The position numbers and the translations under genes were made by a program. Below, in pieces: positions 55,302 through 64,000 of a stretch of DNA of 64,000 nt. The stretch spans positions 246,779 through 310,778 of the forward strand of contig CAWFLC010000002.1 in the NCBI GenBank assembly GCA_963816625.1. The letters are read 5' to 3'. The notes under the pieces are model-generated. The model ran no database searches and was not told the DNA's origin. It saw nothing but the letters and a program-made list of their open reading frames with translations. The stretch's first letter is position 1, and the number at the start of each line of letters is the position of its first letter. Origin of the DNA: an uncultured Actinomycetota bacterium (lineage in GTDB: Bacteria; Actinomycetota; Actinomycetes; Mycobacteriales; Micromonosporaceae).

Positions 55302-55969
55302 CAGTCCCCGGGTACTACAAGTCCTGTTTCGTAGGCGAAGACGACCGCTTGCGCACGGTCGCGCAGGTCGAGTTTGGCCAGGATGCGGCCGATGTGGGTC
55401 TTGACCGTCTGCTCGGCGACGACCAGGGTCTCGGCGATCTCGCTGTTGGACTGGCCGCGGGCGATCAGCCGCAGCACGTCGGTCTCCCGCGGGGTGAGCG
55501 AGGCGAGCCGGGCCCGCTGCGCGCTCGGCGCGATCCGCTTCCGGGAGGCGAACTCCTCGATGAGCCGGCGGGTCACCGAGGGCGCGAGCAGGCCTTCGCC
55601 GGCCGCCACGACCCGTACGGCGTTGATGAGCTCGCCGGCCGGCGCGTCCTTGAGCAGGAAGCCACTGGCCCCGGCGCGCAGCGCCTCGAAGACGTAGTCG
55701 TCGAGGTCGAACGTGGTGAGCATGAGCACCTTCGGCCGGTGCAGGCCGGGGGCCACGTCGAGCAGCTTGCGGGTCGCCTCCAGGCCGTCGAGGACCGGCA
55801 TGCGGATGTCCATCAGGACGACGTCCGGCGCCTGCGCACGGGCCACCGCGACGCCCTGGGCGCCGTCGGCCGCGTCGCCGACGACGAGGAAGTCGGGCTG
55901 CGCGGCCAGCAACGCCGCGAAGCCCTGCCGGACCATCGCCTGGTCGTCGACGACGAGGACCTTGATCAT
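55301..55969 (-). CDS. NarL/LuxR-family response regulator
   Basis: VLVVDDQ, VLMDIRMP, LTTFD, FLLKD, LTPRE, TVKTH, RDRAQAV. Confidence 0.93.
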   Translation of the reverse strand: MIKVLVVDDQAMVRQGFAALLAAQPDFLVVGDAADGAQGVAVARAQAPDVVLMDIRMPVLDGLEATRKLLDVAPGLHRPKVLMLTTFDLDDYVFEALRAGASGFLLKDAPAGELINAVRVVAAGEGLLAPSVTRRLIEEFASRKRIAPSAQRARLASLTPRETDVLRLIARGQSNSEIAETLVVAEQTVKTHIGRILAKLDLRDRAQAVVFAYETGLVVPGD

Positions 55970-57193
55970 TGCGCTCCGCCCAGTGGGCATCGTGCCGTGG
56001 ACGCGGAAGCCGCCGTCCTCGGTGGCCCCGGTGGTCAGCGAGCCGCCGAGCATCGTTGCCCTCTCGTACATGCCGATCAGCCCCTGCGAGCCGCCAGTCG
56101 GGCTGGTGCTGCTGCTCGTGCCGGGGCCGTTGACGACGGTCAGGTCGAGGTCCGGGCCGTGCTCCACCAGTGTGATGGTGACGGCCGCGCCCGAGGCGTG
56201 CCGCCGCGCGTTGGACAGGGCCTCCTGCACGATCCGGTACGCGGTGAGCCCGACCGACGGCGGCACCCGCAGCCCGGGCGGGAGGTCCAGCCGGACGTCC
56301 ACCCCGGCCCCCCGGGCCGCCTCGACCAGCTCGGTGAGGTCTTCGACGCCCGGCTGTGGCTGTACCGGCGGCGGCGTCTCGCTGCGGAGCACACCGAGCA
56401 GTCGGCGCATCTCGGTGAGGGCTTCGCGGGAGGCGTTGGCGATCGCGCCGAACTCCTCGGCGACCGGCTCCGGCATGCCCTCGAGCCGGAACGGGGCGGA
56501 CTCCGCCCGTACCGCGATCAGGGACATGTGGTGCGCGACGACGTCGTGCAGCTCGCGCGCGATGCGGGTGCGCTCCTCCAGTACCGTGCGGCGGGCGGTC
56601 TCGAGCTCGCTGCGCTCCTTCTCCGCGACCAGGCGGGACTGGACCTCGCGGCGGCGGCGGATCTGGTCGCCGATGACCATCAGCACGGTCAGCCCGATGA
56701 CGACGCCCGGGATGGCGTTGAAGTCGACGAACAGGAAGACCAGGACGAGCGCGCTGAGCCAGGTCCACACCGCGACGCCGCGCGGGTGGCGCAGCGCGAC
56801 CGCGAAGACGGAGACCATGAGCACCGCGAGCTCGACCGGAGGCCACGGCCAGGGCGAGGTCGGGCCCTGCTCCAGCACGATGCCGGCGAACACCGCGGTG
56901 ACCCAGGCGATCCGCCAGGCCAGCAGCGGGCGCTTCAGCATCAGCACGAACGGCGCGACCACCGCCACGCTGACGATCGGGATCACGACCGTGGGCAGCG
57001 GTGACGTCTCGTCGAGGTTGGCCAACACCCAGAGCGCCGTGCCGATCGCCACGAGCCAGCTGAGCACGGTGAGGGCGAGACGCACCTTCGTCCGCGGGCC
57101 GGGCTTCGGGTCGCCGCCGATGAGGAACGCGCGCAGGCTGCCCCACACCAGCTCAAGGCTGTACGTGGCCGGCTCGACCGCCTTCTCCTTCAC
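55966..57193 (-). CDS. HisKA_3 sensor histidine kinase (reads in frame into the regulator in this sequence)
   Basis: TM helices; ERTRIARELHDVVAH, YRIVQEALSNA, GLIGMYER. Confidence 0.9.
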
Positions 57194-57279
57194 CTGACGG
57201 AGCGTAGTTGGTCTTCGCCCACTCGTCGTACCACCGTGGTAGCCCGCGAACGTCATACCCGGGTAGTACGTTGGCGAGC

Positions 57280-57651
57280 ATGATTGATCACGTGTCTCTG
57301 CAGGTGCGCGACGTGCAGGCGAGCGCGACGTTCTACGACGCGGTGCTGGCGCCGCTCGGCGGTGGGCGGTTGATGGACTTCGGTGAGGTCATCGGCTACG
57401 GCGTGGGCGACAAGCCGTCGTTCTGGCTCGGCCCCACGACGACCGGCGGGACGGCGCGGGAGGTGCACCTCGCCTTCGCGGCGGCCGACCGGGACGCGGT
57501 GCGCGCGTTCCACGACGCGGCGGTGGCCGCCGGTGCCGAGGTGCTGCACATGCCACGCGAGTGGCCGCAATACCACCCGGGCTACTTCGGCGCGTTCGTG
57601 CGCGACCTCGACGGCAACAACGTCGAGGCGGTCTGCCACGCCCCGGGCTGA
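57280..57651 (+). CDS. VOC/glyoxalase family protein
   Basis: MIDHV, HLAFAA, YFGAFVRDLDGNNVE. Confidence 0.92.
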   Translation: MIDHVSLQVRDVQASATFYDAVLAPLGGGRLMDFGEVIGYGVGDKPSFWLGPTTTGGTAREVHLAFAAADRDAVRAFHDAAVAAGAEVLHMPREWPQYHPGYFGAFVRDLDGNNVEAVCHAPG

Positions 57652-57682
57652 GCGTGAATCTTGGCCGTCCCATCAGGGCGAG

Positions 57683-57833
57683 GAGGCCACAACTTCGGGG
57701 AAGTAGTGTCGGGCCAGTCGGGACGCCACAACTCCGGGGAAGTAGTGGCCTCGGGCCAGTCGGGACGCCACAACTTCGGGGAAGTAGTGGCCTCGGGCCA
57801 GCCGGGAAGCCACAACTCCGGGGAAGTAGTGGC
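57683..57833. repeat. REP-like palindrome array D (4 units; periods 39, 42, 42)
   Basis: Cores at 57688, 57727, 57769, 57811. Confidence 0.93.
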
Positions 57834-57901
57834 GAAAGCGGGGCCATCACGCGGGACTGGAGAGGTCACTGCTCAAGGTCAGCGATTGCTCGCCGTCGCT
57901 A

Positions 57902-58897
57902 TCAAGACCAGGCGGCGGAGATGCGGGCGAGTTCGCCGGCGTATTCGATGCGGTCGAACCACTCGGCCGGCCAGGCCGAGTCGCCGAGGGCGGCGCCGGC
58001 GAAGCTGCCGGTGAGCGCCGCGATCGAGTCGGAGTCGCCGGAGGTGGCGGCGCCGCGCGCGACCGCGCTGACCGCGTCCTCCGGGAAGAGCAGCAGGCAG
58101 TAGACCGCGGTGGCGAGGGCCTCCTCCGCCACCCAGCCGGCGCCCATCGCGCTGCACGGGTCGGCGTCGGGGCCGATGCGACGCAGGGCCTCCTCGAGCC
58201 CCGCGAACGCGGCCAGGCACTCGTCCCAGCCGGTCGCGATGAAGGCCGCCGGGTCGGCCACGCCCGGCCGTTTCCACAGGTCACCGAGCCAGTCTTCGCG
58301 GTAGATCGTGCGCTGGGTGGCACACCGGTCGCGCAGCGCCTCCGGCAGGTCGGTCATCGGGAGGCCGTTGCTCAGCCAGTACACGGAAAAGGCGGTGAGC
58401 TCGGCCGCGGCGAGGCCGGTGGGGTGGCCGTGCGTCATCGCGGCCTGCAGTTGGGCGGCGCCGGCCCGCTGGTCGTCGGTGAGGCCGGGGACGAGCCCGA
58501 CCGGGGCCACGCGCATGTTGGCGCCGCAGCCCTTGGAGGTTTCCACGGTCGCCTGACGCCAGGGCAGGCCGCGAGCCATGGCCGCGCACGCCGCCATGCA
58601 GGTGCGCCCGGGTGCGCGGTCGTTGTCCGGGCTGTCCCACCAGTACAGGAAGCGGCCGCGGATGCGCGGCTCGAGACGCTCGGGGGTGAGCGGCGGGACT
58701 TCCATCGCGCTGAGAAGCGCGTCGGACACGGCCAGTGACATCTGGGTGTCGTCGGTGACCAGGGCGGGTGCCGGTAACTGCCGCGGGCCGCGGGCGCCGT
58801 ACTTGCGGATGACCTCGTCGTACGGCATGAACTCCGTGGGTGCACCGAGCGCGTCGCCGAAGGCACCGCCGTACAACGCGCCTCTGACCTGGGACAT
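57902..58897 (-). CDS. ADP-ribosylglycohydrolase (DraG/ARH family)
   Basis: GDALG, VTDDT, GCGANMR, THGH, GDSDS; RBS AAGGAGG. Confidence 0.92.
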   Translation of the reverse strand: MSQVRGALYGGAFGDALGAPTEFMPYDEVIRKYGARGPRQLPAPALVTDDTQMSLAVSDALLSAMEVPPLTPERLEPRIRGRFLYWWDSPDNDRAPGRTCMAACAAMARGLPWRQATVETSKGCGANMRVAPVGLVPGLTDDQRAGAAQLQAAMTHGHPTGLAAAELTAFSVYWLSNGLPMTDLPEALRDRCATQRTIYREDWLGDLWKRPGVADPAAFIATGWDECLAAFAGLEEALRRIGPDADPCSAMGAGWVAEEALATAVYCLLLFPEDAVSAVARGAATSGDSDSIAALTGSFAGAALGDSAWPAEWFDRIEYAGELARISAAWS

Positions 58898-58956
58898 GTG
58901 GACCTCCTTGGCGCCCGTCGGGGTGTGATTCGGCGGCCGATGGGCATCTAAATGGT

Positions 58957-59253
58957 ATGAACACCACTTGGACACCACACGAGGAGCATGGCGAACTGTC
59001 GTCCAGCGATCGCAACGAGTTGCCGGACAGCGCGTACGCCTTCCCGAAGAAGCGGAAGGAACCGCTCACCGACGCCTCGCACGTCCAGAATGCGCTCGCC
59101 CGGTTCGATCAGGTCAAGGGCGTCAGCGACGACGAACGGGACCAGGCCTTCGCCAACATCAAGAAGGCCGCCCGGCACTACAAGGTCGACATCGCCGAGG
59201 ACGACTGGCGCCAGCTCGGCAAGCGCCCGCACACCAAGAACCACGCGCACTGA
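58957..59253 (+). CDS. Small conserved protein (DUF6582-like)
   Basis: LPDSAYAFP..RKEPLTDASHVQNALARFDQV; clean high-GC codon usage. Confidence 0.75.
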   Translation: MNTTWTPHEEHGELSSSDRNELPDSAYAFPKKRKEPLTDASHVQNALARFDQVKGVSDDERDQAFANIKKAARHYKVDIAEDDWRQLGKRPHTKNHAH

Positions 59254-59265
59254 CGCATTCCCGAT

Positions 59266-59299
59266 TGAGGCCGCCGCTTCCCCCGAAGTGGCGGCCTCA
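59266..59299. terminator. Hairpin, diverged solo member of the REP-like family
   Basis: TGAGGCCGCCGCTTC-CCCC-GAAGTGGCGGCCTCA. Confidence 0.7.
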
Positions 59300-59317
59300 G
59301 GGTGCTTCGATGGAAAC

Positions 59318-60056
59318 GTGTTGGTCATCGCGCACGTCAGCGACGTGCATTTCGACGGCTCCGATCGCAACATCGAGCGTTCCGCACGGGTGATGGAGCA
59401 CATCAACGCGCTCCGCCAGCCCGTCGACGTGGTGCTGGTGACCGGCGACATCGCCGATCACGGGCGCGCCTCCGAGTACGAGGAGGCGGCCAAGGTGCTG
59501 ACCTCGCCGCAGCCGCTGCTGATGTGCCCGGGCAACCACGACGCCCGCGGGCCCTACCGCGAGGTGCTGCTCCACCAGCCGAGCGGCGACGGCCCGATCA
59601 ACGCCGTGCACCGGGTCGGCGGCGCGGTGTTCGCGATGTGCGACTCGAGCATCCCCGGCCGCAACGACGGCTACCTCGACGACGAGACGTTCGCCTGGCT
59701 CGAGGGCGTCGTCGCCGACGCCGGGGACGCGCCGGTCTTCATCTGCTTCCATCACCCGCCGGTCCTGCTGTACAGCCCGTTCCTGGACGGCATCCGGCAG
59801 CGCGGCGAGGAGCGGCTGGCCGACCTGGTACGGCGGTCGCCGCAGGTGGTGGCGCTCCTCTGCGGGCACGCGCACACCGCGGCGGCGACGACGTTCGCGG
59901 GCCGGCCGCTGCTCGTCGCGCCGGGCGTCGTCTCGACGCTGCGGCTGCCCTGGGAGTGCGGAGGACGTGATCGACTACTCGCTGCCGCCGGCGTTCGCGT
60001 TCCACATCCTCGACGACGAGCGGCGCCTGACGACGCACTACCGAGTCGTGCCCTAG
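59318..60056 (+). CDS. CpdA/GpdQ-like metallophosphoesterase; frameshift near 59960
   Basis: SDVH, TGDIAD, PGNHD, HHPP, CGHAH. Confidence 0.88.
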
Positions 60057-60060
60057 CCCC

Positions 60061-60131
60061 GAGGGCACAACCTTCGGGGAAGTAGTGGCCTCCGGACCCC
60101 TCTGAGGCCACTACTTCCCCGAAGTTGTGGC
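60061..60131. repeat. REP-like palindrome array E (2 oppositely oriented units)
   Basis: GAGGGCACAACCTTCGGGGAAGTAGTGGCCTC and GAGGCCACTACTTCCCCGAAGTTGTGGC. Confidence 0.9.
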
Positions 60132-60226
60132 GGCCGAGCCGGGCTTGGGAACGCGGACGCCGGGATTCCTGGCGGGAGCGACGGTCGCAACCACGGCGGA
60201 CCCGAGCCATATGGAGAATGAAGGGT

Positions 60227-62200
60227 ATGAGCGACGACCCTTACCTTTGGCTCGAGGATCTCGATGCCGCCGAGTCGGCCGCGTGGGTACGTGAGCGCAA
60301 CGCCGAGACGCTCGGCACGCTGGCGACCGGCGCCCGGTTCGCGGAGTTGCAGGCGGAAATCCGGCAGGTGCTCGACTCGGATGCGCGGATTCCGCTGGTG
60401 GCGTGGCACGGAGACCTCGTCTACAACCTCTGGAAGGACGAGTCGCATCCGCGCGGGCTGTGGCGGCGTACGACGATGGCGCAGTACCGCAGCCCGGAAC
60501 CGGAGTGGGACGTGCTGCTCGACCTCGATGCGCTGGCCGAGGCCGAGGGTGAGAACTGGGTGTGGCAGTCCGTGGCCGTGCTGCGGCCGAGCAACGATCG
60601 CGCGCTGATCAGCCTGTCGCGCGGCGGTGCGGACGCGAACGTGGTGCGGGAGTTCGACATCGAGCGACGCGAGTTCCTGGCCGACGGGTTCGCGCTGCCG
60701 GAGGCGAAGAGCGACATCGGCTGGATCGACGCCGACCGGGTCTTCGTCGGCACCGACTTCGGGCCGGATTCGCTGACCACGTCGGGGTACCCGCGCATCG
60801 TCAAGGAGTGGCGGCGCGGGACGCCGCTGTCGTCGGCGACCACCGTCTTCGAGGGCGAGTCCGGCGACGTGTCGGTGCGCGCGTGGCACGATCCGACGCC
60901 CGGCTTCGAGTACAGCCTGGTGGCCCGGCACATGGACTTCTTTCACGGGTTGCACTACCTGCGGGTGGGTGACGAACTGGTCCGGCTGGACGTACCGGAG
61001 GACGCCTCGATCGACCTGCACCGCGAGTGGCTGGTGATCCTGCTGCGATCGCCGTGGCTGGGGCACGCCGTCGGCGTACTGCTCGGCGCGCGGCTCGACG
61101 CCTTCCTCGCCGGGGATCGGGACTTCGCGGTGGTGTTCCAGCCGGACGCGCGCACGTCGCTGAGGTCCTTCGAGTGGACGCGGGGATACCTGCTGCTGGC
61201 GCTGTTGTCGGACGTGAGCGGGCGGCTGGAGGTGGTGACGCCGGGTGCGTGGACGTCGGCGGTGGCGATCGGCGGCGACCTGAGTTCGGTGGACATCGTC
61301 GATACCAACCCGGATCGTTCGGACGAGTACTTCGTGCTGTCGGAAGGCTTCCTGGAGCCGCCGACGCTGCGACTTGGCCCCGGCGAGGTGGTGAAACAGG
61401 CCCCGGCGTACTTCGATGCCGACGGGCTCGAGGTGCGGCAGTACTTCACGACGTCGGCGGACGGGACGCGGGTGCCGTACTTCGTGACCGGCCGCTTCGA
61501 CGGGCCCGGCCCGACGCTGCTGAGCGGGTACGGCGGGTTCGAGGTGTCGCGGACGCCGCTCTACAGCGGTTCGACCGGGCGAGGCTGGCTGGCGCGCGGC
61601 GGCACGTACGTGGTGGCGAACATCCGCGGCGGTGGCGAATACGGGCCGGAGTGGCACGACGCGGCGCTGCGGGAGAAGCGGCTCCGCGCGTACGAGGACT
61701 TCGCGGCGGTCGCGGCCGACCTCGTCGCCCGGGGTATCACCACGACGGAGCAACTGGGCATCGAGGGTGGCAGCAACGGTGGGCTCCTGATGGGCGTGAT
61801 GCTCACCCGGTATCCGGAGCTGTTCGGGGCGATCGTGTGCAACGTGCCGCTGCTGGACATGAAGCGCTACCACTTGCTGCTGGCCGGTGCGTCCTGGATC
61901 GCCGAGTACGGGAATCCCGACGACCCGGCGGACTGGGCCTTCTTGCGCGAGTACTCGCCGTACCAGAACGTCCAGAGTGGACGGCCGTACCCGCCGGTGC
62001 TGTTCGCGACCTCGACCCGCGACGACCGGGTGCATCCGGGGCACGCGCGGAAGATGGTGGCGAAGCTGCGGGAGCTGGGTTACGACGTGTCGTACTACGA
62101 GAACATCGAGGGCGGCCACGGTGCGGCGGCCGACAATGCGCAGCTGGCCTTCAAGACCGCGCTCAGCCTCGAGTTCTTCTGGCGCACCCTGGCCCGGTAG
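60227..62200 (+). CDS. Prolyl oligopeptidase (S9A)
   Basis: DPYLWLED, YGGF, NIRGGGEYG, GGSNGG, DDRV, GGH. Confidence 0.94.
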   Translation: MSDDPYLWLEDLDAAESAAWVRERNAETLGTLATGARFAELQAEIRQVLDSDARIPLVAWHGDLVYNLWKDESHPRGLWRRTTMAQYRSPEPEWDVLLDLDALAEAEGENWVWQSVAVLRPSNDRALISLSRGGADANVVREFDIERREFLADGFALPEAKSDIGWIDADRVFVGTDFGPDSLTTSGYPRIVKEWRRGTPLSSATTVFEGESGDVSVRAWHDPTPGFEYSLVARHMDFFHGLHYLRVGDELVRLDVPEDASIDLHREWLVILLRSPWLGHAVGVLLGARLDAFLAGDRDFAVVFQPDARTSLRSFEWTRGYLLLALLSDVSGRLEVVTPGAWTSAVAIGGDLSSVDIVDTNPDRSDEYFVLSEGFLEPPTLRLGPGEVVKQAPAYFDADGLEVRQYFTTSADGTRVPYFVTGRFDGPGPTLLSGYGGFEVSRTPLYSGSTGRGWLARGGTYVVANIRGGGEYGPEWHDAALREKRLRAYEDFAAVAADLVARGITTTEQLGIEGGSNGGLLMGVMLTRYPELFGAIVCNVPLLDMKRYHLLLAGASWIAEYGNPDDPADWAFLREYSPYQNVQSGRPYPPVLFATSTRDDRVHPGHARKMVAKLRELGYDVSYYENIEGGHGAAADNAQLAFKTALSLEFFWRTLAR

Positions 62201-62221
62201 GGCCGCCGACCTGGCCGCCGG

Positions 62222-62329
62222 GAGGCCACTACTTCGGGGAAGTAGTGGCCTCGATGGGGTTGGGAGGCCACAACTCTGGGAAGTAGTAGCCTCAGCACGC
62301 GCCGAGGCCACTACTTCCCCGGAGCTGTG
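62222..62329. repeat. REP-like palindrome array F (3 units; periods 42, 40)
   Basis: Cores at 62227, 62269, 62309. Confidence 0.9.
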
Positions 62330-62339
62330 ACGGCGCCGG

Positions 62340-64000
<1,661 letters not shown>

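Noticed and set aside
57661-58014. ORFs encoding GHNFGEVVAS peptide repeats (also 47646-48431 and 9159-9635)
   Set aside because: These are translations of the 42-bp repeat, antisense to real genes, with no convincing RBS.

Overview
High-GC actinobacterial chromosome segment; gene content and order suggest Micromonosporaceae (inference). It is mostly core genome: S1C protease, rnd, fadAB, M23 peptidase, cutRS, add, dxs, TRAM methyltransferase, KimA-like permease with two trkA, the DUF3159/OB-fold/DUF3710/dut/DUF3093/DUF4193/LytR_C/suhB block, hrdB, an SF2 helicase, psuG with a PfkB kinase, mscL, sigB, pat-acuC-rhodanese, ideR, FKBP, lhgO, a NarL-type two-component system, an ADP-ribosylglycohydrolase, a phosphodiesterase, a prolyl oligopeptidase and nrdJ. 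Many conserved genes are broken by 1-nt indels that fall in blocks (~1.6-5.8, ~21.9-34.4, ~62.5-63.7 kb), most likely consensus errors rather than pseudogenes. I saw no rRNA, tRNA, CRISPR-Cas, transposase or prophage. The most notable unexplained features are: (i) four tandem, divergent membrane-anchored beta-propeller paralogues sharing an N-terminal I(D/E)L(D/G) motif and fixed Cys pairs; (ii) a REP-like palindrome family (19 units in 6 arrays, mostly 42-bp period, plus one covarying solo copy) that brackets accessory genes; (iii) a second, 45-bp-period repeat found both inside rnd and at the psuG start; (iv) a 164-bp imperfect hairpin between a response regulator and its probable target; and (v) an ARH / small protein / phosphodiesterase cassette. 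Family names come from motif recognition only; no database searches were run.
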